64,000 nucleotides of DNA from a virus: positions 9,028 through 73,027 of the IMG/VR virus record IMGVR_UViG_3300021961_000068, one strand, 5' to 3'. Shown piece after piece: positions 44,935 to 55,154 of the stretch. A program made the position numbers and the translations under genes. Below the pieces are notes generated by a model. That model searched no databases and had not been told where the DNA came from. It saw nothing but the letters and a program-made list of their open reading frames with translations. The first letter of the stretch is position 1; each line of letters begins with the position of its first letter.

Positions 44935-45399
44935 GTGCCAAGTAATCTGCGAATCAAAATCAAAGTTGACGCCCGAGCGGCTATAGCAAGAATGAACGCC
45001 ATGGAGCGCCGTTCTAAAGATTTTCGTCCTGTTTTTAGGTGGGCTAAAAGAGAACTAGAAAAAGCAAACGCAGAAAACTTTGCACGAAACGGTTTACCGG
45101 TTGGTGGATGGTCTCCTCTTAAACCTCGTTACGCAGCATGGAAAGCAACTAAGTTCCCAGGCGCTCCAATTATGGTGGCGTCTGGAAAACTGTTCAGAGA
45201 ATTGCGATCCTTAAACGGTCCTGCCAACAGCATTAGATTGAGATCAGCAACTTTTGGTACGAATTTAGAGTATGCAAAATTCCATCAATATGGAACGAGT
45301 AAGATGCCTAAACGACAGATTGTTTACGAACCAAAACAATTTGCTGAGCGTCTTGCAATATTGGCAGCAGATTATGTTTCAGATGGAAGAACAAGATAA
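44935..45399 (+). CDS. virion morphogenesis / tail completion protein (Mu gpG-like)
   Basis: GWSPLKPRY, FGTNLEYAKFHQYGT...MPKR. Confidence 0.82.
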   Translation: MPSNLRIKIKVDARAAIARMNAMERRSKDFRPVFRWAKRELEKANAENFARNGLPVGGWSPLKPRYAAWKATKFPGAPIMVASGKLFRELRSLNGPANSIRLRSATFGTNLEYAKFHQYGTSKMPKRQIVYEPKQFAERLAILAADYVSDGRTR

Positions 45400-46011
45400 A
45401 TGAGCACACCAGTAACAGACTTGATGCACGGGGCACAGTGGGCTAAGTACTATGTCAACACATATTTGAACAGCGATTTGCCTAACAGAATCAACCGTTA
45501 TCGCTCAGGTTGGAATCTTGACTCAAATGAGTTGCCAACACCTGAGTTCTTTTTGACCTATGAACCCATCGCTTTAGATCACTGGCCGACAATTATTACG
45601 GTATGTTTATCAAGTTCTCCTTTTGAGCGCATGATGCAAGGCATTCAAGGTGATCCCCTTTATAGGGTCACCTATAATATGCGCACCTATATTTGGACAA
45701 AAACTGAGGGTTCGGAAGCCGTCACATTAATGCGAGATAGGTTGACAACGGTTGTTCGCTCGGCATTGATGGATAAACCTTGTTTGACACGGTATGACAG
45801 CACTTTTGATGCCGATGTGATGGTTGACGAATCTTCTATTACTGAGGAGTTTTCTGATTTAACTCTGATAAAAGGTGACCGAGTATTAGCAGGTGCTTAT
45901 TTAGGCTACAATTTAATATTGAACGAAGTCATTTATAGAGATCAAATTGCGGCTATAACTGGTTACGAGATACAAAATTACAACATGCGCAATACGGGAG
46001 CAACTTACTAA
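45400..46011 (+). CDS. putative tail terminator/neck protein
   Basis: Position and size; no diagnostic motif. Confidence 0.5.
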   Translation: MSTPVTDLMHGAQWAKYYVNTYLNSDLPNRINRYRSGWNLDSNELPTPEFFLTYEPIALDHWPTIITVCLSSSPFERMMQGIQGDPLYRVTYNMRTYIWTKTEGSEAVTLMRDRLTTVVRSALMDKPCLTRYDSTFDADVMVDESSITEEFSDLTLIKGDRVLAGAYLGYNLILNEVIYRDQIAAITGYEIQNYNMRNTGATY

Positions 46012-46376
46012 TGGAACCAAGTTACGGTAAAACAGGCTCAAAAGGCACTATGCGTGTCTGGAATAAGACCAATGGGTATCTTGATGTGTCTAAAGAAGGA
46101 CATTTACTTATGGGTCAGACCGCTGCCTGGGTTGAGGAAACCGATGAAATCGTTGCCCTTATTGATGGCGGATTGTTAGAAGTTTTAGAAGGTCAGTTAA
46201 GCAAGGTATCTTCAGCCTCATCTGACGAAAATTCAAAAAAAAAGAAGTCTTTACCTACAACAGATCAGCCGCCCCTCAGTTCGGGCACAGAAAATCTAGT
46301 TGTTGCGGTTGAGAATAAAAAAGATGAAAAAGAAATAGTCCCATCAAATAATGATGTTTCTGTTAAGACAGTTTAA
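46011..46376 (+). CDS. hypothetical protein upstream of sheath
   Basis: 121-aa coupled ORF. Confidence 0.6.
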   Translation: MEPSYGKTGSKGTMRVWNKTNGYLDVSKEGHLLMGQTAAWVEETDEIVALIDGGLLEVLEGQLSKVSSASSDENSKKKKSLPTTDQPPLSSGTENLVVAVENKKDEKEIVPSNNDVSVKTV

Positions 46377-46429
46377 GTAATGTATACTCGTTTTACGGAA
46401 ATTTCTTCAACTCAAATGGAGGGTGCTAG

Positions 46430-47896
46430 ATGCCCGGCGTAACAATCTCAACAGCAGTTCGTACAGGCGCAACAAATACTGGCACTGCACCAGCAGCAAC
46501 ATTTTTTCTTTTAGGTACAGCGGAGCGTGGAAAAGGCTCTGTAGCCGTACCCGTTACTTCGCTTTCAGACTTTGAAACAAAATTTGGTGAGCATGTAACT
46601 GGCTCTTACTCGTGGTATTCCATGAAAACATTCTTCGAAGAAGGTGGCGTAAGCGCTTACTTCGTTAAAGTTAATGCCGCCGCTGGCGTTGCGGCAACAA
46701 ATGCATTCACAACCGCAACTGGTGCAGGACCTGGTGTAACTTTTACGGCAGTAAGTAAAGGCGCTTGGGGTAACACGGCAACATTCGTGGTAGCCAATAA
46801 CACAACCACTTTTGACGTGACTATCGCCTATAGCGGAACAACCATTTTTTCTGGCACGGGCTACACCTCGCTTACCGAATTGGTCACTGCAGCGAATGCA
46901 GATACGACACTGGCGAACTATTACACCTGCGCTCTGACATCTGGTGCAGATGCTTCACACCTTTTGGCGACATCTGCTTCTTCTTCGGCAGTTAACGGAG
47001 CGGACGGAACTGTAGCGAAAACAGATTTCATTTCCGCAATTTCTTTGTTCACCGAAGAACTTGGCGCAGGCGCTGTAGCGGCACCTGGTATCGCTACAGG
47101 TTCTTCAGATGCAACTTTGTATGATGCTCTTCGCACACACGCAGCCGCAAACAATCGTATTGCGTTGGCAGGTTTTGCTTCAACAAACACTTTGGCGCAG
47201 GCTCGTTCCGCTTCAACTGGATACACGGGAACAACTTCACACGAATACATGGCTTTCTACCATCCATGGGTCACAATCCCACAGGGTTCAGCAACAGTTG
47301 AACTACCACCAGAAGCGTATGTAGCCGCTGTCCGTGCTCGTACACACAACTCAACAGGTCCGTGGAAGGCTTATGCAGGTGTTGCGTCAGAGGCAAGGTT
47401 TGTCACAGGCATCACGCTTGCGGTTAGCCGTGCGGATGCTGATTTGATGGACGCATCATATGTGAACCCTTTGCGTTTGGTTAACGGACGAGTTCGCATC
47501 TACGGCGCTCGTTCACATTCATCAGTTGTTGCTCAATGGCGTTTCATCACCGCACGCGAGACGATCAACTACATCGTCACACAAGCGAACAACCGTCTTG
47601 AGGATCTCGTGTTCTCAACGATTGACGGTCGTTCAACACTGTTTGCAAACATTATTAACGCCATTCAATCAGTTGTGGAACCAATCCGCATTGAAGGTGG
47701 TTTCTACGAAGGGTTTGATTCCCTTGGCAAGCGAATTGATTACGGTTACACAATTAAGTGTGACGCTTCATTGAACCCTGTCGCTGACCTTGAAACAGGA
47801 ACAGTTAAGGCAAGAATCGGTGTCCGTGTTTCAAGCGTCGGAGACAAAATTGAAGTTGATCTAATCAAGTCAAATCTAACAACTGCTTTGGCATAA
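46430..47896 (+). CDS. contractile tail sheath protein
   Basis: MPGV start, FFEEGG, GAWGN, FYHPW, PWKAYAG, VNPLR...IYGARS. Confidence 0.92.
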   Translation: MPGVTISTAVRTGATNTGTAPAATFFLLGTAERGKGSVAVPVTSLSDFETKFGEHVTGSYSWYSMKTFFEEGGVSAYFVKVNAAAGVAATNAFTTATGAGPGVTFTAVSKGAWGNTATFVVANNTTTFDVTIAYSGTTIFSGTGYTSLTELVTAANADTTLANYYTCALTSGADASHLLATSASSSAVNGADGTVAKTDFISAISLFTEELGAGAVAAPGIATGSSDATLYDALRTHAAANNRIALAGFASTNTLAQARSASTGYTGTTSHEYMAFYHPWVTIPQGSATVELPPEAYVAAVRARTHNSTGPWKAYAGVASEARFVTGITLAVSRADADLMDASYVNPLRLVNGRVRIYGARSHSSVVAQWRFITARETINYIVTQANNRLEDLVFSTIDGRSTLFANIINAIQSVVEPIRIEGGFYEGFDSLGKRIDYGYTIKCDASLNPVADLETGTVKARIGVRVSSVGDKIEVDLIKSNLTTALA

Positions 47897-47907
47897 CGGA
47901 GGAATAA

Positions 47908-48384
47908 ATGGCTCGTCCAACACTGTTCAAAAATCTTGCTACACAACGCCAAATTGTTGGCAGGATCACGCCTTCAGAGGGCACAACAGGTCTTCCAACA
48001 TTCCCTGACTATTTCACTCAGGTCGCTGGTGGAGAAATCACCGCTTCAGTAGAAAAGGTTTACCACGGTGGAGACTTGTTCTCTGAGACGCTTTGCGCGC
48101 CATCAGAAATTGGTGACATCACTTTGACTGGTTATGTGTCAACAGATACTGCATTTCTTGGAAAAATTCAACAGTTGCGTCAAGTGGTCGGTCGTGTTCG
48201 TTACGACATAGATGTTCATCTTTTTGACTGCGACATTGCTGTTCCTGGTGCCGACCGTCAGTACACAAAGGCTTTGCTTGTCGGTTTAACTGAGCCAGAC
48301 GGTGATGCAACCTCGGGAACGCCAGCAACTTTTACGCTGACTTTTAGTGTCGCCACTGTTTCTGTAGGTAACGCACCTTTCTGA
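47908..48384 (+). CDS. tail tube protein
   Basis: Follows sheath; GGEIT...IGDITLT...EPDGDATS. Confidence 0.75.
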   Translation: MARPTLFKNLATQRQIVGRITPSEGTTGLPTFPDYFTQVAGGEITASVEKVYHGGDLFSETLCAPSEIGDITLTGYVSTDTAFLGKIQQLRQVVGRVRYDIDVHLFDCDIAVPGADRQYTKALLVGLTEPDGDATSGTPATFTLTFSVATVSVGNAPF

Positions 48385-48402
48385 TAGACCTCAAAGTTTG
48401 AG

Positions 48403-48436
48403 GGTTACATTTTGATGGTTTGAGTCATGCTAGTGT
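48403..48436 (+). promoter_or_regulatory. putative promoter GGTTACATTT-N18-TAGTGT
   Basis: Third copy of the motif; preceded by small hairpin CCTCAAA-G-TTTGAGG. Confidence 0.45.
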
Positions 48437-48442
48437 TCGGTT

Positions 48443-48973
48443 ATGACCAACATTACATTCAGTTCAGACGACAATAAGACATCAAAGACATCTAAGAGTT
48501 CACAGGAAGTCACAGACACTGACAATGTTCTTGACCAACTAAAAAAGGTAATCAAAGACAAAGTCCGTCGTGACGATGTTTATATTCCAATTCCTGAGCG
48601 ACCAGGCGTCATGATTCGTGTTTCCCCAAACATCACACAACAACAATTGAAGTCTTGGCGTAGGAACGCTGGCGAAGAACGCAAGGGAGGTATGGACACC
48701 TTGAAGTTCTCAACCAACTTGATTGCCGCAACAACAACAGGCATTCTGCTTAATGATGTTGTCGCAACCGATTCCAACGGTGTTGAGGTCACTTTTGCTT
48801 CACCAGAAATCATGCAGATGACAGACACGACACGACCACATCCTGATTGTGTTTTGGCTTTCTTCGGGTTGGAACCTCATGTTGAGTCCGCAGCGGTTGC
48901 AATTATTGAGGCTGCTGGTTACGGAGATGCGGTTGATGCGTTGGACCCTATGAAGAGGTCTTCCGAGATTTAA
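48443..48973 (+). CDS. tail assembly chaperone
   Basis: Between tube and tape measure genes. Confidence 0.7.
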   Translation: MTNITFSSDDNKTSKTSKSSQEVTDTDNVLDQLKKVIKDKVRRDDVYIPIPERPGVMIRVSPNITQQQLKSWRRNAGEERKGGMDTLKFSTNLIAATTTGILLNDVVATDSNGVEVTFASPEIMQMTDTTRPHPDCVLAFFGLEPHVESAAVAIIEAAGYGDAVDALDPMKRSSEI

Positions 48974-49146
48974 CGGACGATTTCCGCGTAATTTTAGCGG
49001 CAAGGCTTGGAGACCTCTTCAAAACAGATCCGATAAAACTCCTTGATAGCAGTGAAGAAGAATGGATCATACGCCTTGCGTGTGCTAAAGTAATACAGAC
49101 GGATAGAGAAAAACAGGAAGCAGAATTACGGAAACAAAACCGTTAA
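48937..49146 (+). CDS. -1 frame extension of tail assembly chaperone (putative programmed frameshift product)
   Basis: Open -1 frame without ATG: ...FRDLTDDFRVILAARLGDLFKTDPIKLLDSSEEEWIIRLACAKVIQTDREKQEAELRKQNR. Confidence 0.6.
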   Translation, partial: CVGPYEEVFRDLTDDFRVILAARLGDLFKTDPIKLLDSSEEEWIIRLACAKVIQTDREKQEAELRKQNR

Positions 49147-49193
49147 TCTGCTGGAGCGCTCATATTCATAACCTTTAACACGGAGATGAATCC

Positions 49194-52100
49194 ATGCCAG
49201 CAGAGCGCGTAGTAATTGACATTGAGGTCAATTCTGATATTGCAACGATTGTTGCTACTCGTCGTGCGCTTGAAGATTTAACCAATGCTCAAAGACGGTA
49301 CAACCGTGAGAAAGACCGAGAACCCAGAGGCGGTGGCGGTGATGACTCAAGCGGAGGCAGAGGCGGAGGCGGCGGCGGTGGTGGTGGTCGTAGACGCCCT
49401 AGGGGAGGCGGGGGTCGTCGTGGAAACGGACGTTACGACGGTTTGGCTGGTCAAGTTTTTGATTTCCGTGGCGACGCCGGGAAAATGATTCAGGCGTATG
49501 GCTCGCTTCTCAGGATAGTTAACAAACTTGCCATGATTTCCCTTCCATTAATGATGGGTTTGCTTGGCTCAATCAGCCTCTTGTTCAAAATGGGTACATA
49601 TTTTGTAAATATGTATAGAGCAGCAATGTCATCTATGGCTAGTGCCGTCGGTCTTGCGTATGTTGCTTTAACAACGTTGTTGGCTGCCCAAAGAGAATTT
49701 TCTGCGGTACAAAACTCTCCTGCCTACATAAAGGGCACAATGAATACCAACAGCAGGTTTACCGCTGCTAGTCAAGCAATTTCTATGTTTGTCGGTAATT
49801 CACAACTTGCTGTTGTCAGTGCAAAATCTTTGCAATCTTCGTTCACAACTTTAAGTAAGGTTTCTCCTGTAACTGGCAAGACTACTGAGGCATTCACATC
49901 TTTGATGGATGTTGTTGCTGGTAGCGGTGGGGATTTAGATAAGGGGTCAGAAAAACTTGCAACGTTTCTGTCGGAAGTTCAAAAGAAAGGCACTCTTGCT
50001 GCTGGTGCAGAAGCCGCCAAGGATTTGGGTCCTGACTTTGAAAAGATTGTTAAAGAAGCAAGCGCATTGGGTATCAAGACTAGTGATGAGTTCCTTAAAG
50101 CAGCCGCTGAAGGAAAACTTGGTGAAACGTTTGCCACAAAATATGCTGGCACATTGGACGCATTAAACAATACGGTGATGGGTCGTTTCAAGACCGCTAT
50201 TAGTGTTATCAAAGAGCAGTTAACAAGTCTCGGCGGCGAATATTTAGACGAAGCAGGTGGAGCGATTAGTCGCCTTCAAGGAATCATTTCCACAACTATT
50301 ACTCGTCTCAGTTTTGTGCTTCAAGATTTTGATGCCACAGGTAAAATGGGAAGTTTCATGGATATGGTGCAAGATGCTTCAGACAAACTGATTCACCTGA
50401 TGACCAAATATCTTAATACTACACCAACTATTTTTGAATTTTTTGCAGACAGTTTTACAAAAATTGGTGATGGTTTTGATGCGATGCAGGATTGGATGCG
50501 TCAGTTTCAAAAAGCGGGCGAATTGATCAATAAATATTTTTTTGATCCGTTGTTTAACGCTATGGGTGAGAGTTTTACGGCAAGCATGCGAGACCTCGCG
50601 GACGTGATTGAGGGCAACGCTCCACTGATTGAAAGTTTTGCGACACAAATAGGTAATACTCTTGTGGCGATAGGAAAATATGGTGATGTTGTCAGAAGGT
50701 TGTTTCTTTCGGCTATCCCTTTCTTTAATATGGTTTTGAAACTTGTTGAACTGTTTTTTAAGGGTTTAGATAAATTTGGTGAAGCAGCGATTAAGATAGG
50801 GGATATTTTTGCCAAGTTAGGACCTTTAGGAAAAGTTGCTGGTCAGTTAGTTAAAGTCGCTGCTCTTTACTCATTGTTCACTCTTGCTACAAGATTTTTT
50901 AAAGTTTTTGGGACAATGTTTGGCAGAAAAATACCTGCTATGAATATTCAGGCTGGAATCGTTAATGTCAATGGGGGAATGGGATTAAGTCCTGGTCAGA
51001 TGGCTGGTAGGGGCTACATGTCGGGGAGCCAGAGGGCTATGTCCTTTGGCAGAAGTACTCTTTCTAGAATCCCTGGTGGCGGAAGATTGGCAAGTGCTGG
51101 AGGAAGAGTAGCGAGCGCTGGTAGTCGTATCGCATCTGGCGGGATGGCTCCACTTGCTATCGCTGGTGGCGCGTATATGGCTGGAAGCGCAATATCTGGC
51201 AAGTTTAACGATGACTCTGTTACATCTCGGGGAATGTCCGCTGGTGCGAGCGCTCTCGCTGGTGCTGCAATTGGTGCAACTATTGGCTCGTTCGTTCCTA
51301 TTATCGGAACTGGCATCGGAGCAGCAATAGGCGCGGCTGTAGGTGGTCTTACAGGATATCTCAAAGCAGGTAAACAGAGAAAAGAAACACGCAAAGCCGC
51401 AGAAGCCCTTTTGACCAATTTTTCGGAAAGTATTAATGATGCTATTGCTGGCGGAAATATTGATGATCTTCTTAAAGCACGGGAAGATTTGATTGAAAGC
51501 AAAGCAAAACTGATCAGCGAGAACGACGACCCAGCGTATGCTGCTCAGGCTTTAGCAAAATATAATGCAGAGTTTACAATGTTGAATAGGACTATAGATA
51601 ACTATACGAACAATGCTGGTCTTGCTGAAAAATATTTTGATACTGGTGCTGAGGCTTTAAACAAACTTGCGAAAGATGCTGGTATTAATCTTACAGATAA
51701 AATGATGAATTTCCGAGAAGTTCTTTCTCTTGTTGGCAAGACCGCTGAAGACCAAGCCAGATTGATGAAAGTTGCGTGGGCGAATATTGGCGCACAGGCT
51801 ACTAGTGATGTGATGAGTTATTTTGATAAGAAAGCACAGGAAAAAGATCAAGCATTGGCTATAAATGCAGCCGAAGCCAGAATTCTTGGCGGCGATACTA
51901 GTGTCGAAGCGCAAGATGATTTACTCAAGAAAGCATTAGATTTCAATATTGCAAAATTTGGTGATGTTGGGGGCATAATAAATACTTTGGCAGGTTTTCA
52001 AGCCGACTTTGGTGAGGGTGGGAGACTCTCTGGTTTGGATCCAGAGGTAATTGCGAACATGCAACAAACATTGAATGATGCTGGTGTTTCCGGTACAGCA

Positions 52101-52556
52101 ATTTTGAAGACCTTTGACTTTCAAGACCTCGCCGACAGGACTGGTGGAATCGCCAACATGGGTGGGCTACTAAATCCAGAGGGGTTAGTTGACCCTCAAA
52201 AACTTGAAAAAATGCTTTACGAACAAGTGGAGAAGAATCCTCTTTTCTTGCAACAATTTATAAATGCTGCGTCTAACCCTGACACAGTTATTGCTGGTGC
52301 AAGAATGAATAACTTATTGAAAGATACAGGCTATGGAGGTACTGGAACTGGTAAAGTTCGTGTTCCTGCTGACAGTATGGTTCCTCCTGCTCAAGGTGCA
52401 CAAAACTATATAGCGAACACAAACATAACTGCGGCAATGTTGGATGGCAAAACTATTGATCAAATTGAGAGGACTATTGCAAAAGCGTTGAAAGAGCAGA
52501 GGGAACGCGGTATGGCGCCAGTAACGGGTGGCACAGTAGACCCGAACAGAAACTAG
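49194..52556 (+). CDS. tape measure protein
   Basis: 1120 aa Ala/Gly-rich helical protein, GAAIGATIGS...GTGIGAAIGAAVG segments, position. Confidence 0.88.
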   Translation: MPAERVVIDIEVNSDIATIVATRRALEDLTNAQRRYNREKDREPRGGGGDDSSGGRGGGGGGGGGRRRPRGGGGRRGNGRYDGLAGQVFDFRGDAGKMIQAYGSLLRIVNKLAMISLPLMMGLLGSISLLFKMGTYFVNMYRAAMSSMASAVGLAYVALTTLLAAQREFSAVQNSPAYIKGTMNTNSRFTAASQAISMFVGNSQLAVVSAKSLQSSFTTLSKVSPVTGKTTEAFTSLMDVVAGSGGDLDKGSEKLATFLSEVQKKGTLAAGAEAAKDLGPDFEKIVKEASALGIKTSDEFLKAAAEGKLGETFATKYAGTLDALNNTVMGRFKTAISVIKEQLTSLGGEYLDEAGGAISRLQGIISTTITRLSFVLQDFDATGKMGSFMDMVQDASDKLIHLMTKYLNTTPTIFEFFADSFTKIGDGFDAMQDWMRQFQKAGELINKYFFDPLFNAMGESFTASMRDLADVIEGNAPLIESFATQIGNTLVAIGKYGDVVRRLFLSAIPFFNMVLKLVELFFKGLDKFGEAAIKIGDIFAKLGPLGKVAGQLVKVAALYSLFTLATRFFKVFGTMFGRKIPAMNIQAGIVNVNGGMGLSPGQMAGRGYMSGSQRAMSFGRSTLSRIPGGGRLASAGGRVASAGSRIASGGMAPLAIAGGAYMAGSAISGKFNDDSVTSRGMSAGASALAGAAIGATIGSFVPIIGTGIGAAIGAAVGGLTGYLKAGKQRKETRKAAEALLTNFSESINDAIAGGNIDDLLKAREDLIESKAKLISENDDPAYAAQALAKYNAEFTMLNRTIDNYTNNAGLAEKYFDTGAEALNKLAKDAGINLTDKMMNFREVLSLVGKTAEDQARLMKVAWANIGAQATSDVMSYFDKKAQEKDQALAINAAEARILGGDTSVEAQDDLLKKALDFNIAKFGDVGGIINTLAGFQADFGEGGRLSGLDPEVIANMQQTLNDAGVSGTAILKTFDFQDLADRTGGIANMGGLLNPEGLVDPQKLEKMLYEQVEKNPLFLQQFINAASNPDTVIAGARMNNLLKDTGYGGTGTGKVRVPADSMVPPAQGAQNYIANTNITAAMLDGKTIDQIERTIAKALKEQRERGMAPVTGGTVDPNRN

Positions 52557-52563
52557 AGGTGTC

Positions 52564-53409
52564 ATGGCTAGCACAGTAACAGTTTGGGTGAGAATGAGAG
52601 ACTCAGGAGAGGAAGCAGACCGTCTTCAGTCGTCAACACCTGGTGCTTTGCCTCTTATCTTGCGTATGCGTTCATCAAATCCCGCCGAGGAGCAAGATTT
52701 TGTTTTCCCATATAGCCCGAGGGAAATGAGTATCGGACAATTGGCGGACGAAATGGTTCAGATACCAAGACCTGGCACTACGCCTATAGTTGCGTTTAAA
52801 TCACACAGACTCATGACTCTTGATTTCACAGCACTTATTGCTCATCCGGGTGATGGTCTTATTAGGGATGTTGAAAAAGAGATTTTTAATTTGCGGTCAT
52901 TTGCTTCAAGTAGTAACAAAGTTTTCCAATTAATTAATTACGACGTTTTCACTCAAGAACCTTATGTTTTTCGCAACATGAGCGAAGAAAGAGTGAGTGG
53001 TTTGTTTTTCTCCATCACAGATATGAGCGTTGAGGTTATGAGAAGAAACAAAGATAATTTGATTACTCAAGCAAATGTGAGAATAAGTCTGGTTGAGAAC
53101 AGAAACCCTAGAATTAATGTTGTATTGATCCCGCCTCTTGTTTTGACAAGGCAAAACCCTAATTGCACAAAGCGTAAATATGCAAAAAAATATCCTGACA
53201 GATGTAAAAAACCAAAAGATGAGCCTACTCCTGTGGGTTTCAGTAAATCTCAGAGCGATTCAGCGATTGAGTTTTTCAACAGAAGACATGGTCCGAATTC
53301 GTTTACGCCCAATACTTTAAAGAGTTTTAAACTGTGTTATATCAAAGCCGCTAAAATGGCTCGCTATGTTCCAATGAATACAACTCCGTGTCTTGGTAAT
53401 CCTAAATAG
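52564..53409 (+). CDS. putative tail tube initiator / baseplate protein
   Basis: FVFPYSP...IPRPG; position after tape measure. Confidence 0.6.
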   Translation: MASTVTVWVRMRDSGEEADRLQSSTPGALPLILRMRSSNPAEEQDFVFPYSPREMSIGQLADEMVQIPRPGTTPIVAFKSHRLMTLDFTALIAHPGDGLIRDVEKEIFNLRSFASSSNKVFQLINYDVFTQEPYVFRNMSEERVSGLFFSITDMSVEVMRRNKDNLITQANVRISLVENRNPRINVVLIPPLVLTRQNPNCTKRKYAKKYPDRCKKPKDEPTPVGFSKSQSDSAIEFFNRRHGPNSFTPNTLKSFKLCYIKAAKMARYVPMNTTPCLGNPK

Positions 53410-53411
53410 TC

Positions 53412-54434
53412 ATGATTAGCGACCAAACAATAGTTTTTGTTGGACACAAGGAAGCAAACGTTAGGGCACAAATTGCTCAAAGTATTACAAATATTTCTGT
53501 AAGTTACACAGTTGACGGTGCATCTCAGATCACGGTTGAACTTGTTGATGAAAAACTTGAGATGTGGAATAACGGTTATTTTGCCATTGGGAATATCGCA
53601 AATTTTTTTGACGGAACAATTACTGAAAGATACATGGTTGCTTCTCATGAAATTTCTGCAGGGGAAGGCGAGTATTTTAAGATTACCTTAGCGTTAAGAA
53701 CTGAAGCGATTCAGCGAATGAAATTGGACAAAAAACCTCAAGCGTTTAAATCAACTACCGCATACGATTTTGCGGAAAAAGTAGCCAAAAAATTTGGTTT
53801 ACAGTTTTTGGGTCAAAGACCTGTTGGTGTAAAAACCACCACAATCAAAGTCAAAACCGAAAAAAATCAAGAGTCCGTTTACGATGTTTTGGTTCGTTCA
53901 GCAAAAGACCTTCAATATCTTTGTTTTGTTATGTATGCGATTCCTGCTGGCGGAACTGTTCCAGTACCAACCTTATTTTATGGTTCACCAAAATGGCTTC
54001 TTGGTCGTTGGGGTATAGAAAAAACAGAGGAATTTACTTTTGCCAAAATTGGTGGAGGCACAGAAAAACGTTCTCTTTATTTTATTCCCCTAAAGTACCC
54101 AAACGACGACAAGTTAAATTTTTTTCTTACGCAAGTTCCAGAAATGCGCAGGTCTATGGATAGCCCTAAAGAATCTGAAGGCTCCGCCAGTCTTTGGGTT
54201 GGTGACAGATTCGAGGAAAATGTTGGGAGTGCTTACAACATAAGAGCGGGCATGACGGTAGTCGTATACGGGATTAAAGGTTTTGATACGACCGCATATT
54301 TGATTACATCAGTTGAATATCAGTATGGGCAACCAGAACCGTTGGCAATCAGTTTTGCTACGATAGACAAAATCTCGCCTGACGACAAAGAAAAAATTGA
54401 TAAAAAAGTAGGCGAAACAACGGTGATTGGGTAA
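53412..54434 (+). CDS. putative baseplate hub protein
   Basis: ESVYDVLVRSA, IRAGMTVVVYGI...YLITSVEY; position. Confidence 0.7.
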   Translation: MISDQTIVFVGHKEANVRAQIAQSITNISVSYTVDGASQITVELVDEKLEMWNNGYFAIGNIANFFDGTITERYMVASHEISAGEGEYFKITLALRTEAIQRMKLDKKPQAFKSTTAYDFAEKVAKKFGLQFLGQRPVGVKTTTIKVKTEKNQESVYDVLVRSAKDLQYLCFVMYAIPAGGTVPVPTLFYGSPKWLLGRWGIEKTEEFTFAKIGGGTEKRSLYFIPLKYPNDDKLNFFLTQVPEMRRSMDSPKESEGSASLWVGDRFEENVGSAYNIRAGMTVVVYGIKGFDTTAYLITSVEYQYGQPEPLAISFATIDKISPDDKEKIDKKVGETTVIG

Positions 54435-54442
54435 AGGGGAAA

Positions 54443-54853
54443 ATGTCTATTTACGGTGATTCTATGGATGGGATGGATAGGGCAGATTCCGCTGCGCAAA
54501 CTAATGCATCTTTTTCGTCTATCCATGTGGGTATTTTGACTGCAAAAAATAATTCTGACAAAACTGGTTTTGTTAAAGTTCCAGCGTTAAACAATGAGGC
54601 TCAACTAGGTCCATACAAGTTCATGGCTCATTTCACTTTTCCCGTAACCACCCCGATTCAGCAAACTTTGACCACGACTACAGGTACGGTTGATTCAACC
54701 AGTGTGGTTACGGGGGTTTCCCTGTCGGCAACCACGACCAGTATCTCTGGTGTCTACAACACCTCATTGAATTTGCCTAATGTGGGGACACGCGTTCTTG
54801 TTGTATTATTGAATGGTTCCCTTGATGAAGGCGTGATTGTAGGGTCAATATGA
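54443..54853 (+). CDS. putative baseplate spike
   Basis: VKVPAL...LPNVGTRVLVVLLNG...VIVG OB-fold pattern. Confidence 0.7.
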   Translation: MSIYGDSMDGMDRADSAAQTNASFSSIHVGILTAKNNSDKTGFVKVPALNNEAQLGPYKFMAHFTFPVTTPIQQTLTTTTGTVDSTSVVTGVSLSATTTSISGVYNTSLNLPNVGTRVLVVLLNGSLDEGVIVGSI

Positions 54854-55152
54854 ACACAATTAGATTACCGATACAGTTCAATAAAGACAATTTTGAAATG
54901 GAAAAAATACTTGAAAACACTGACGAATATTATGCGAATCTCATAGGTTTGACTGTGCAAATAGTTCCAGGCGTCTTACCTATATCAACTTATTACGGTG
55001 TTGAAGACCCAACATTTGAGGCTGGTGGGATGACAAAAATTGGTTTAGCGGTGGGCAGTCTTATCCCAGAGATAAGAGTCTTGGTCAGCGAGGCTGTTGT
55101 TGATGACAGCGGAACAACAAATCTAGCAATTAAATTTGATCGGTTGGTATAA
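54850..55152 (+). CDS. putative gp25-like baseplate wedge subunit
   Basis: PGVLPI..YGVEDPTF; position before baseplate J. Confidence 0.65.
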   Translation: MNTIRLPIQFNKDNFEMEKILENTDEYYANLIGLTVQIVPGVLPISTYYGVEDPTFEAGGMTKIGLAVGSLIPEIRVLVSEAVVDDSGTTNLAIKFDRLV

Positions 55153-55154
55153 CT

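Noticed and set aside
49325-49430. GGC/GGT-rich tract in the tape measure gene as a DNA repeat element
   Set aside because: Encodes an in-frame Gly/Arg low-complexity linker; no separate element is supported.
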